DNA of 64,000 nucleotides. Source: Eledone cirrhosa (taxonomy: Eukaryota). The stretch covers positions 348,378,001-348,442,000 of the forward strand of contig OZ024743.1 of the NCBI GenBank assembly GCA_964016885.1, written 5' to 3'. Below the pieces are notes generated by a model, which was not told where the DNA came from, did no database searches, and saw only the letters and a program-made list of their open reading frames with translations. Every line of letters starts with the position of its first letter. The first letter of the stretch is position 1. Positions 1 through 14,472 of this stretch are shown here, in pieces. Made by a program: the position numbers and the translations under genes.

Positions 1-1128
1 GGGTTGCGAGGAAGGGATGGTCCACCTGCTGCCAGCAGCCTCTACGTGGAGGGTTGGGCATGCCGTGGCTAATGATGCGCAGACACGCGCTGAGGCTGCG
101 GCATCTCCAGATATTCTGCCTAAACGGAGAACAGGTGTGGTCGTCGTTTGTTAGACGTAGCTCGTCTCTTTGACTAAGCTGCAGTCCTTGGTAAAGAAGA
201 GACCGAGACTGGGTGACTGGCATCTGGAATGCTGCCAGTCACTCACATCCCTCTACCAGGCGGGCAATGCGGTCAGTGGAACTTCCACTCTCAAGTTCTA
301 TAGTGGATTAGTGGTGGGCATATGCGACGACGTACTCGTAGAGGCTCTGGGCGTTGAAGATATCGAACAAACCAGTCTGTTCCGGAGGACTTTGGAGCCG
401 GGGACGATGGATATCTTCCAGAAATCCCTCGCTTGGAAGTGCTATCGGGGTGCATTGCCGGTGAGATAAACTCTACAGGCGCGGAATTTATTCAGACGGA
501 TTTGCCTGAGATGCACGCAGAGCGTCGAAACCGTTCTGCACGCACTCGTCCAGTGTCTGTGCATTACTGACTTGTGGAGTTATGTCGAAAAGCTGTTGTC
601 GCGTGTAGAACGAATCCGGCTATCGACCGAGTCCATAGTGAAGATCGACCCGCAGCCTTCCATTGGCCAGGAAGGCAGGCAATTTTCCTGTCTGGTGGCA
701 GTAGCAAAAGAGGTTGTATGGTGGACGAGGTTGAAAAGACGGAATACAGACACTCTGACTGAATACAGGAAGGTGAGGGTGGAGAGAGAAGTGCTGCCCC
801 CCAGTTCATTTGCTGAAAGGTGGGTGAATGTGGCTACTCTGTGTGAGTAGGCCTACTCTGATCATCCGCCTGTAGGTGGGTAAATTGGAAGAGGAGAGGG
901 GAGCCCTCCCCGGATGCTTTCGAAGCGTCGGGTCGTTCAGGATTGGTGGGGTACCCTGGGTGTTCATCACCCCCTATTGGGTAATTTTTCTTGTATTTTT
1001 CTTGTTACTTTGTTATTGTTATTCATATTGTTTACACGTTGTATATGTAAACCCGCACTGTCTCAGTCGTTTGTATTGTCCCCTATATATCGGCCCTTGT
1101 GGCGAATAAATGAAATCATTATTATTAT
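1..1128 (+). mobile_element. 3' portion of a decayed L1/Tx1-clade LINE (C-terminal CCHC/zf-RVT region, 3' UTR, (ATT)n tail)
   Basis: Frameshifted translation SLAWKCYRGALPVR...CLRC..SVETVLHALVQC...LWSYVEKLL matches the L1-clade zinc knuckle; ends AATAAATGAAATCATTATTATTAT; homologous copies at 52200-53036 and 55575-56175. Confidence 0.8.
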
Positions 1129-1145
1129 ACATATATATAGATACC

Positions 1146-1180
<35 letters not shown>

Positions 1181-1200
1181 GCACACACACACACACACAC

Positions 1201-1280
<80 letters not shown>

Positions 1281-1392
1281 TTGTATATACATTCAACCGG
1301 ATGGCTGGAACAGGTAAAGCAGTAAGAGAGTAATATATTTCTATATACATATGCATATATATGTATGTATTATATATATATATATATATATA

Positions 1393-1477
<85 letters not shown>

Positions 1478-1637
1478 AATTAGTATAGCTACCAACATAT
1501 TTATACAGAAGTATACTTATGCTAGCAAGATATGTTTTTTGTTAGTAACTTTGTGGTTCAATACAAAAATGTAGAACAATTATATGAAGGACGTAAAATA
1601 AGAAAATTATAATAATTAACTTACTTACTTAAGTTTC

Positions 1638-1715
1638 ACTCCAACTAATTAGTTTCTGAAAGGGGATATACATAGTGTTCAAATCGATGGACAATTCCTT
1701 TCTTCATCAGGAAGT
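1638..1715 (-). ncRNA. Type I hammerhead ribozyme (inverted twin of 1921-1998)
   Basis: Reverse complement reads ACUUC-CUGAUGA...GAAA-CUAAUUAG-UU-GGAGU; helix I retained through a U.G wobble. Confidence 0.7.
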
Positions 1716-1920
1716 CAATTCTATGCTAAGATCTCAGGCGATCGGCGGACACAGGGATCTCAAACAAAAATAATTCAGTGAATGGAAAAGAAGCAAGCGC
1801 GGACTAAATTTCAAGACACTGAACATTTTCAGGCCGCGCTTGCTTCTTTTCCATTCACTGAATTATTTTTGTTTGAGATCCCTGTGTCCGCCGATCGCCT
1901 GAGATCTTAGCATAGAATTG

Positions 1921-1998
1921 ACTCCCTGATGAAGAAAGGAATTCTCCATCGATTTGAACACTATGTATATCCCCTTTCAGAAACTAATTAGTTGGAGT
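1921..1998 (+). ncRNA. Type I hammerhead ribozyme
   Basis: ACUCC-CUGAUGA-A-GAAAGG...CCUUUC-A-GAAA-CUAAUUAG-UU^-GGAGU; helix I ACUCC/GGAGU, palindromic helix III, GUU cleavage triplet; A.A mismatch at the base of helix II. Confidence 0.75.
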
Positions 1999-2102
1999 GA
2001 AACTTAAGTAAGTAAGTTAATTATTATAATTTACGTCTTTCATATATATATATATATATTATACATACATATATATGTGCATATGTATATAGATTTATAT
2101 TA

Positions 2103-2247
<145 letters not shown>

Positions 2248-2680
2248 AGTGTAGTTGTAAATGTATAGGTATATATATAAATTTAAACCACCGCCGTTTA
2301 TGAACATCATCATTCGCATCATCAAGACCGTCATCACAACGACTTTTCTCTATGCTACTCCACCTTCACCTCATACATCATCGACATCATTAACCTCATC
2401 TTATACGCCACCACTACCACCATCACCATCATTATAATCATGCCCACCACCTATCATCATCGCAATCGACATATACAGCGACTGGCATAATTCTATATCA
2501 TTCCAGCTATATCTTTACATATGGGCAGGTCGCCTTGATGTAGCACGATCAATTAAACATTTGACAGCTTTTCTGTAACTTAATCCTTGAAGGACAGGAA
2601 ATAGGAGAAGATATATAGTTATATGCACGTGTAGCTGTATATATTGATGGAGTCATATATATGAATGTCTGCGTATTTGT

Positions 2681-2750
<70 letters not shown>

Positions 2751-2806
2751 ACGCACACACACACACACACATACACGTATATATATATATATACGTGTAT
2801 ACTCGT

Positions 2807-2850
<44 letters not shown>

Positions 2851-3209
2851 ATATAAATATATATATATATACATACATACATACATACATATATATGTAT
2901 ATATGAGTATATGCAAACCTGGCAATATGTGACTGAATATATATGGTTATGTTTGAATACACATTCTTAAACACATATGCATATGTGTGAGACTCATAAA
3001 CCAGCACACCCACACACCCACACACCCACACACACTCATGCACACACAAAGACACACATCAACACACATATATAGATGGGTAAATGTATATATGTGTGTG
3101 TTCATGCATTCAGCCATCCATCCATTCACACATAAATACTTACACGTATACTTACATACATACAATCAAACATACATACATGCATACATTCATACGCGCA
3201 CATATACAT

Positions 3210-3282
<73 letters not shown>

Positions 3283-3854
3283 AATGCATGCATATACGTG
3301 ATTATAATACCATAAGCACCTATTCAGCTATAACTGTTCATAAATAACACTTATATATATGCTGAAGCTGCGTGATAATGATTCTTTTATGTCATTTTTT
3401 TATATCTGTGTATGTTCGCATGGTATATGTGTAGGAATTTATGCGTATCTTTTCATGTAAGTATGTGTGATTGTGTGCAAGATGTACGGTATGCTATGGG
3501 TCTATACATATACGTTTATGAGAATATGTGTGAATGAATCGAATGAGCAATATATCTTTTCATAAATACAACCTTCTATCACACACATATACTTAGGGAG
3601 TTTTGATGGTGCAGTACGATAGACATAAAAAATACAGATTGATAAATAGTTAGAGATACGTAGAGACGTCTGTATAGAACACAATGCTACAGAGACATAA
3701 GTAGACGACTCACATATACAGAAAATATCACACTAACACACACATATACATATAAATATACCCACATGTATATATTCACACACACCAACACACATACACA
3801 CAGAGACATATATATAATACATACATATACGTGCACATATAACATTATGTATAT

Positions 3855-4558
<704 letters not shown>

Positions 4559-4927
4559 ATTTATATTACGTTTATATTCATATAGTTATGTGTGTGTGTG
4601 TGTATGATTGTAAAGAAAGCGGAAGAAGGAAAGATTCAGAGAGGGCAATAAAGAAAGTAAGAGATCAATAAAGACACAACAAAAGAGGTATATGTATAGA
4701 GAAAAATCGTCTTCATAATCGTAGCCATATAACTTGGCAAAAAGACTGTAAAGGAACTAAACGGGTGGATGGTAGCATTTGAATCACCTGACATATTTCA
4801 TTTCTCAGCGAACATGCATTTTAGAAAGCATCCTACAATGTATGCTTCTCTAACTTTTATAATGAGTTGTAAGTATGTATATTTATATATATATATGTAT
4901 CTCTCTCTCTCCCCCTCTCTCTCTCTC

Positions 4928-5036
<109 letters not shown>

Positions 5037-5041
5037 ATATA

Positions 5042-5087
<46 letters not shown>

Positions 5088-5217
5088 AATGTGTATGTTT
5101 GTCTTCATGTGTGTGTGTATGTGTCTGTTTGTCTTCATGTGTGTGTGCGTATTTCTCACTATTTGTGGTGTGGTCTATTTTTTTTCTTAATGTTTGCGGG
5201 CCTAGTAAGCCAGATGT

Positions 5218-5297
5218 AATAATTATTATTATTATCATTATTATTATTGTACTTATTATTATTTATAGTGGTAGTAGCAGTAGCAACAGCAGCATTT

Positions 5298-5333
<36 letters not shown>

Positions 5334-5380
5334 GTAGTAGTAGAAGTATTAATAGTAGTAGTAGTAGTAGTAGTAGTAGT
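5218..5380. repeat. (ATT)n and (TAG)n trinucleotide arrays
   Basis: Directly visible. Confidence 0.95.
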
Positions 5381-5879
5381 TTTGTTGTTATAATTCTTGT
5401 TTCCCATAATTATACTATTCGTATATATCGTTAGTGATTTTTCTACCCAACATGCTCCACGATCGTTTTCGCTTTATAACGCACAAATCACCACACCTCT
5501 CATGTCCCAATACCACTCCACGTCATGCCATTGCCTATACTACACAGTCGCACACGATCTATCGAGGAAATATTGTTGGTAAAAACGAAATTTTTCTCCA
5601 CACATCACTAAACAGTTTGCCATAGATACAGTCTCCTGTCTATTCTGAATATTATATCTATATTATGTCTTCACAAGATGTGATCAAAAAACTCTCGCGT
5701 CAGGCATCCAAGCGTCTATTTCCACTCATGCGTAGAATTTCCAAAATGGCGATCAATATGCGATGTAATGTCTTAGAAGTTTTTCATATTGGAAGTATAC
5801 CAAGCATGAAGTGTTGTTTTGCCTCCTTTTTTTTTAATAGTAGGGGTACTTAATAGTTTATTGTGTATGTGCATGTAGA

Positions 5880-5938
<59 letters not shown>

Positions 5939-6096
5939 CTACATGCACATATATGTATATATATATATATGATTGTGAATTTATGCATAAGAATATTTTT
6001 CTCTCTCCCTATGTCTTTTTCACTTTCTCTCCCTCTCTCAATTCCTCTCTCTGTCTCTGACTCTGTCACTCTCTCTCTTTATCGTTCTCTCTCTCT

Positions 6097-6233
<137 letters not shown>

Positions 6234-6260
6234 TATATATACATATATATATATATACAT

Positions 6261-6390
<130 letters not shown>

Positions 6391-7089
6391 TTGCGTGCAT
6401 GTGTGTGTGCATGTGCGTGTGTGCATGTATGCACAACCTTTCCCAACCCAGCTTCTGAAATCCATCAACAGTAACTTCGGAATACTGCCTTTCGATATAT
6501 ATTCCTAGATAGAGATAGACACACACGCTTAAGTACACACGCGCATAAAACTCATATACACATACACACGAGGAATCACTCTACCTCATTCAGACACACA
6601 CACACAATCATATATAAATCCATACGCATACACATACGCACACACACATTATATGCACATGCATACACATACTACTCAATTGTAGAGAGACGCACAAACA
6701 CACACTCAAATATAGACGTATAGTAACAGGACCACACATACAAATTTGTAATGCACACATATAAAAACACTGATACTCCACCTAGACACGCAACCACCAG
6801 CACGAATACAATATACACCCCTCCTAAACACGTACATTCGCAGCCCCTTACAACCATACACTCACAAAATATCAAAATATCAAAATGCACACGCACGAAA
6901 TGCAGAAAGTCTGCACACACATAACATATTACAGCTCATCTGCACACATATAATAACGATATTACAGCTGGACACTCTGCAATCACCTCAGCTCTCATTC
7001 ACGGACGTCAAATACTTGTATCTTGATGAACCCTATCTTTCTTCTAATTTTCCACGACGTTCTCGCGTCATCTTTCTAACAACTTTCCT

Positions 7090-7127
7090 CTTCCCTGATG
7101 AAGGACTAACATCCGAAGCGTTGAAAA
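7090..7127 (+). ncRNA. Degenerate minimal hammerhead at the end of a Penelope-like 3' UTR remnant (~6690-7205)
   Basis: CUGAUGA-A-GGA-CUAACA-UCC-GAAG-CG-UU; GAAA mutated to GAAG, weak helix I; AATAAA at ~7158. Confidence 0.5.
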
Positions 7128-7213
7128 ATGATTTATTTCTTTTACTAACAAGCGAGAAAATAAAATGACTTTTTAGAAATGTCTATCAGTTTTTTTCCTT
7201 CGTTGACACCCCC

Positions 7214-7279
<66 letters not shown>

Positions 7280-7340
7280 GTATATATATATATATATATA
7301 TGCAGATATATATATATGTTTATATATATGTAAATACATG

Positions 7341-7383
<43 letters not shown>

Positions 7384-7415
7384 CTGTGTGTGGGTGGGTG
7401 TGTTTTCTGTGTGTA

Positions 7416-7493
<78 letters not shown>

Positions 7494-8460
7494 GTGTGTG
7501 TGTGTGTGTGTGCTTTCTTTGTGTATGTGTATATATATATATGTATATATATATACATATATATATATGTGTGTGTGTGTGTTTTCTTTGTTTATGTGTA
7601 TATATGATGATTATTTCGAATGAAACAGTTCTTGTCCTATAGAAGCCATTTCTATATTAGATATTGTATATACACTACTATATATTGAGTACCTTAATCT
7701 CTAGATTACTCGATACTTGGGGCACTAGATTGGGTAATATGAAAAATACGGAACCCGACGGATGAGCTCCAGCCGCTTCAACAACTACCTCCGAACATGA
7801 ACAGTGATAAACATCGCAATCTCTTCTGACAAAAATATTACCCAAGAAGTGCAAAAACCGCCGAAATAAAAGCGGCTTGAAAAGGAAATTTGCACGATGT
7901 AAAGAATGGAGGTATAACATTAATAATCAGAACACTCGGTGTGATAAATTGTTAAAAACATACATAAACAAAAGCATGCTTCACAAAACTACATACTATC
8001 TAAAAAATTAACCCTGTTGGGATGAACACACATCCTACGCAAACCATTATCGCTCCAACTGTGGGATTCAAATAGAAGAATTCTAACACACAGCCATACA
8101 TTATACTATAAGCCGTTAATGCAATAAAGCAACATACCTAGCAAAATAGCACAATTCACATTACACACACCTTACATAACAAAGTAAAGCCTAAAATAAC
8201 ACAAGTAACTACAAACATCATGTCTGATTCTGTACACCAATAGGAAGAGTTACGCTCCGACAAGCACAAGAAAATACGAACAGTGTTAAGCTCACACAAG
8301 AAGGCCAGCGTTACACCAGGTGATGCAACACAAATTCGCATGAAATCACCGCAGAAATAATCATATATTAATATAAACTTTAATTATAATACATATATAT
8401 ATATGCAGTATTGATTTTCATTCCAGCCATACACCACCCAGCATCAACACCTATCGAGTG

Positions 8461-8500
<40 letters not shown>

Positions 8501-8506
<6 letters not shown>

Positions 8507-8736
8507 GTGAGGTTTTTTTTACAAAATGAAAAATAACCGAGGTGTCCTACACGAGTGGAAGTATAAAGAAAAAAGGATGAAATCGAAAATGAGAAAAACC
8601 ACAGACCCTCCATCTCAACTCACCTTTTGAAAAGCAGAAGAACTGCGAAACCGGTAAAGGAACCAAATAAATATATATATTTTTAAAAAAAATAAGACTT
8701 CAGTTGCATTTTCGATTTCATCCCTTTTTCTTTATA
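8501..8736. mobile_element. Short fold-back hammerhead element in (TA)n, copy 1
   Basis: 8562-8591 inverted against 8707-8736; near-identical family member at 18561-18877. Confidence 0.85.
8623..8660 (+). ncRNA. Minimal type I hammerhead with U3-A8 core variant
   Basis: CCUU-UUGAAAA-GCAG-AAGAA-CUGC-GAAA-CCGG-UA^-AAGG; helices I and II perfect, CCGG palindromic helix III, AATAAA a few nt downstream. Confidence 0.7.
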
Positions 8737-8832
8737 TATATATATATATATTTATTAAAATAACAGATTAAAGTTTAAGCAAAGAATCGTTGCTTTCACC
8801 CTTTGGATTTTAGTCTTCAAATTTATTATTAT

Positions 8833-8905
<73 letters not shown>

Positions 8906-10172
8906 ATCTACTTTCTCTATTCGTCTTGCAGATACTTGCTGTTGAAAGACATGAATTTTGCTACACGAATAGCACATAGACATTTTGCACCATTCATCCT
9001 CAATCTTATGCTAAAGCATGAGTATGACATTATGAAAAAGGTAACAACTTCTATTATTTAAAAAGAAACATTAACTAATATCAAAGATATCGAAATTAAT
9101 GTATTCGACTAGAACCACCCATATTAATATATACTTAGGAATCCAACACTGAATGAATGAGAAACATAAACAAAAAGAATCAGACGTGTCTTAACGACTA
9201 AAATTGATACTATAAATAAGATTATAGTTACAAATATACCAGCCATTACATTAAACCAGGTTTGACACGATATTATAATCAACAAACAACAGAATGCACT
9301 ATGAATGAATATCTGTCATCTCATATTCTATAATCACCCCAATATACAGCTTTTATTAGACGTGTGCTTAAAGGAATAGTTTTTTGGTTCACTTTGTAAT
9401 CATAAAATTCCGCGCTTGATCTTACTGAGTGGCATCATGTGCCACTTACTATATCCCAAGCTTGACGCAAGACGTACGAGTGAATTGGGTGAAAAGAAAT
9501 TAGTGGACTGTATCTGTAATTCATAGAGGTAAGCGTGACATTCATTGGGTTACGCTAAATCTCTTTTAGAATTAACTTAAGTTACTTAAGATACCTATGT
9601 CTATGGTATACTCAGAAACTTCAAATTTAATTTCACGATCAAGCTGTACAGTTAATAAAAAACTGGAACACACGTCATCACAAATGATCGAATTCCATGC
9701 CACTTTTATCATACATTAAAATAGGACTGACTCCCAAACTGCTTGTTCAATGTTTATATCATTTTCCTTCTCTCTAGGCCTAACAAAAACGTATTTACTT
9801 TCATAAAATCAATCTATCATATTTCAGATCACACCCAGTTATAGTAATCAAATATCTTATTTATTTCAACCTATTATCTATTATTTCATATATTTCATCT
9901 ATTTCACATCCTGTCCATCCAAAATGTGTTCATTTATTTTTATTTTTGTAATTTACCTGTTCTTCGTATCATTTTTTCTGTATGTATGTGTGTATGTATG
10001 CATGTATGAATGAATGTATATAAGCCTATATATTTACATATACACGCACACAAACTCTCATACAATCATAAACATACACATACACACACACACATATATA
10101 TATATATATATGAGTGTGTTTGTATGTAAGTGTATGTACCCAGAAAACAAACACGCATACATGTATTCATAT

Positions 10173-10259
<87 letters not shown>

Positions 10260-10489
10260 CATACAAAGCATACATACATTTGATTGTTTGTGTTACTTGA
10301 AAACCATATTAAATTTGTTTATGTCAAAACAAGCGAGGCGCTCCTAGTTGTATTTTCTTCTGATCTCATGATCCTATGTATAATTGCTTATGAGAAAGTT
10401 CATAAGCAATATGAGAGTTACACACAGACGTCATTGTTGGGTGTTGTATGATATTTACCTTTATCATGTTCTCTAACTAATGAGCGTAC

Positions 10490-11326
10490 GGATTAACAAA
10501 GTAGGGTTAGGTCTCCTCACATATCCCGTAGTTGGCCCATTTCCAACCTTCGATTTTTTTATGACATTGATCTGTTAGGAAGTTTGAAGCACATCTCCAG
10601 AAGTTCACTGCCAGACTTGAAATAGTATAAGGCTCATAGGGAATGGATATCTGCTCAGAAAATAGTAATAATCAGAATACAGCAACCAACATCATACTGA
10701 ACAAAGGAAGACTTGAACTTTAGGTACCTATGATAATTTTGACCAAATATAGCAGACCTCAAAAGGAAGTAACGACAAGACACGCCCTGGCCACTTCGGC
10801 GATGTTAAAGCTGAATGTTATATGAAAAAGCAACTCCATCAGTTTTCTAACGATGCTCAGATTTTACAAGTCTCGGTGAATTCGATCCATTTCTATGGGT
10901 GTGAGAGTTGAACTCTCACAGCTGACATGGAACAAAGAATCCAGTTATTTGAACAGAAGTGTTTTAGAAGGTTGCTACACATCCAATACACGGAGCACAA
11001 AGAAACACATTTTTTTTCATGCAGCAAGTTAAGATATCTGCTGGCAGACAGTAAACACTCATTGCGATGGTGAAAAGACGGAAGTTTGCAAGGTATGGTC
11101 ATATATCCCGCCACAACCTCTTGTCTAAAACCATCTTCCGGGACACAGTCGAGGGAGGGCGAAGAAGCGAGGCAAAGTAAATCCTGTCCAACAACATTAA
11201 AGGCTGGATTAGTCACAACACCTAGAACCTTTCTACGCTTGAAGGGAAATAGAGACCCTGGCGACGATTGACAACAAGAGTCACTAGAGTGACACCCCAA
11301 ACGACTGGTTGCAGTAGTTGATGATT
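10490..11326 (+). mobile_element. Decayed RTE-clade LINE, RT C-terminal part and 3' end
   Basis: Remnants ISNLRF..DIDL (RFADD-like) and YGCES*TLTADMEQRIQLFEQKCFRRLLHIQYTEHKET typical of RTE ORF2; several frameshifts and stops. Confidence 0.75.
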
Positions 11327-11409
11327 TATTCATAAATACAAATCGACAACATTTATATATATATATATATATACTCACACATATTTACATACACATATAC
11401 GCACATACA

Positions 11410-11485
<76 letters not shown>

Positions 11486-11549
11486 TATATATATATTAAA
11501 TTTGAAATGATAATCACCATGTTGCACATAACTATTATAATAGTTGATA

Positions 11550-11668
11550 ACAACAATTAATGTTTCTACATTTGGCACAAAACCAGCAATTATCCCAGTG
11601 CATTACTGGTACTTTATTCTATCGACCCCGTAAGGCTGAAAGGCAAAGTTAACCTCGGCGGGATTTGA
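11550..11668 (-). mobile_element. SINE (dominant octopus-type family), 5'-truncated
   Basis: Reverse complement of TCAAATCCCGCCGAGGTTAACTTTGCCTTTCA...GGGGTCGATA..ATAAAGTACCAG...AATTGCTGG..TTGTGCC...TAGAAAC; more than 10 copies in the window. Confidence 0.85.
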
Positions 11669-12529
11669 CAATAAATAACATTTGACTGAATCGGTTACAC
11701 GCACTCATATGAGAGAGAGATGCGTTGTTCGATTACTCGCTGGCATCTTTGTTCACATTTTTCCTGCATCCAGGTTTGCTTCATTGGGTGTACTGATATG
11801 GTTATGTGCAAAATGTTTTCAAATGACCCAGTACATCCTAGGGGAACAAAATGACACGCACATACATACACTCTGACTCACATAGACACATACACAATCA
11901 CACACACATATGGCTGTGATCATGTGTTTTCAGGAGTGATGCAGTGATGCAATGAGGCAGGTGTCTTATACGGTAGCCTTCATTAAAACAATGGGTGAAT
12001 TTTGGTTGTCCGAAAATGCAGAAACTGTCATATATATCATAACATATTTAATAGGCTCAGCAAAATCAAATATATAAAATATATACTGGTAAGCGCAATA
12101 GTTTAAACAGCATTTTTCTCAGTTCAAGTTCCTACGAGATATAATTGTCTCCTAAATTAAACAATTTAGTACTAGTAATAAACTATACGATCATTTTCGT
12201 GTCACTGCTGAAAAAAACGGAATATATACTCAGTTAAATGTATTACAAACACATGCGCAAACCTACACAGACACACTAATCCTGCACAAATCTGTGAAAA
12301 CTTATAGTGTTTTTGCATTGCACGTTTTCATATATGTATGTATGTATATGTAGTGTGCATTTATCTCCTTTGTTCGTTGTTGTTGGGGGACGTATATAAT
12401 GATTATTAGTGTTCAGACAAAGGAACATCTTGCTTTTAAAACTTAGGTGCAAGTAAATAAGAATTCCATAGGCAAGTGTATACATGGTGTAATTCACATG
12501 GATATTCATTATGCTCAAAGGTATGGCAA

Positions 12530-12685
12530 TGCGTGCCCTTTGAATTACAGGTACAAACGTTTCTGACAGTTTCCGTGGACCGAAGCAACGTAAAATAATG
12601 TGTCGGCTTCAAGGAAATATCATACTATATAGAATCGAACTCACGGTTATGAACTAAATATCTTAACCACTAAGTCATGGCTTTA
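12530..12685 (-). mobile_element. Degenerate tRNA-derived SINE related to 62203-62345
   Basis: Reverse complement shows CATGACTTAGTGGTTAAG (A box) and GTGAGTTCGATTC (B box). Confidence 0.5.
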
Positions 12686-13057
12686 AAGATCGTCTTAGTT
12701 TAGTATGAATGAAGAGTAGAAGTACGAAATATTGGCGAAGAAGAGTGGAGAGTATCTGGTATGTTAACGTATTGTTAAGAAACCTATTGTTACACACTTC
12801 ATTGAAAGAGCTCGGGGTCTCGAGCACCCCATGGAGTAGAACTGCCAATAAACACAGCAAGATTCATGTTTACATGCAATAAAAGTCTATATTTAACATG
12901 GACCAACAACAAAGGATAGCAGGGAATACAAAGATATCAATAAACAAAGCGTACTAATAACAAAAAATATACAACACACAGAAACACATTCACACGCACA
13001 CACACACACAGAAACACACACACACATATATATATATATATACACACACACGCACAT

Positions 13058-13097
<40 letters not shown>

Positions 13098-13217
13098 TTC
13101 TATATATATATATTTATGTTTGTGTGTAAGTGTGTGCATGAGTGTGTGTTTGTGTGTGAATGTAGATGTAAAGGGCGTTTATTTATCTACATCTATACAT
13201 ACACATACATACATAGA

Positions 13218-13250
<33 letters not shown>

Positions 13251-13856
13251 TCATGTATTCATATATAAACTGTTACATTCAACATACACACATTAATATA
13301 TATACGCAGGCGGAGTGTGAAGGGAGCGAGCATTTGTTTGAAGACTTGAAACCCGAGTAAGGCCGATAAAAAGGATTTTATAATAAGTATGTTCTGCCTG
13401 GTAAACAAATAATAAAACAAATATAGTGTCTGAGGTGGCCCTGTGTTGGCATGGGTAGGTAATTTTTATTACGGGTACTGATAGTATTTTCTTAAAGTTA
13501 ATTTCACTCAAGCGTGACCACGTCTTTTATTTTCTATTCTGGGATAACCTGGGTAGTTATTGAGTTATTGTTGTAGAACACAGTGAAAAAATTAATAAGA
13601 GAGTCGTGAGAGAAAGACTTGTAGTTATTCATGTTGTATGTGTTTTGTGTGTATATGTGTATATGTTTCGACACTTTCTACAATACTTTTTCCCTACCGC
13701 TTTCTCTCCCTGCCCGTCTGTCTGTCTATCTCTCTCCCTCTATACACACACACATACATATATATTTATATATAGAGAGAGAATAAGAAAATGCGAAGTA
13801 GTTTCAGATGTTAAAGTCCTTTATATATGTATGTATGTATATATATATATATATAA

Positions 13857-14335
13857 CAATGCCTGTGCCGTGAAGCTTTTATAGTGAACAAAGGCACTGC
13901 ACAAAGCCAGTCCCACTCTCTTTACCAAGATGATATTTACCAAAAAGAAGAACAAGTCAACATCATTGGATACCATCAGGGTTGCAGGTGTTATATCAGA
14001 GTTTTCCTTCTCCTAGAATTCTGCCTTGACAAAGTCAAATGTGTCATCTCTCCCGGTGATTTTGGATGACTATTGACTCTTAAGAGCTCCTTTGCCCTTT
14101 GACAGGTTTTGTTTTTAGTCCTGCAGGCTGTCCAAAGTCACCTCTGCCCATGTCATCTCATGGTACCATGGGCTCAGCACTATGTGTCAATAATTGTCAC
14201 AAGTGTAGTGTTTGTACCAGAGGTTTCAAGTCGTTGGCTGGACTAAAAGTCACACTCGTTCAGCGCATCGGTAGGGGTTCTCCTACATGGATATACAGTA
14301 GTGGCCGTACTCGAAAACGATTTGGCTGCCACCAT
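13857..14335 (+). mobile_element. RTE-derived non-autonomous retroelement with 5' inversion, followed by an (ATGT)n tail
   Basis: 13857-14142 is the reverse complement of 14584-14848; 14151-14335 is the direct homolog of 14877-15045. Confidence 0.85.
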
Positions 14336-14434
14336 GTATGTATGTATATATATATATATATGAATGTATGTATGTATGAATGTATGTATGTATGTATGTA
14401 TGTATGTATGTATGTATGTATGTATGTATGTATG

Positions 14435-14471
<37 letters not shown>

Positions 14472-14472
<1 letters not shown>

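Larger units (their letters stand above)
1581..2046. repeat. Long fold-back inverted repeat (~200-bp arms, ~31-bp spacer) in a non-coding element between (TA)n arrays
   Basis: 1604-1802 is the reverse complement of 1834-2032 with 2 mismatches; outer 1581-1597 pairs with 2030-2046. Confidence 0.95.

Noticed and set aside
8940-9900. Possible ancient Penelope-like RT remnant (also ~38450-39200)
   Set aside because: Only faint motif resemblance; cannot be supported without a profile search
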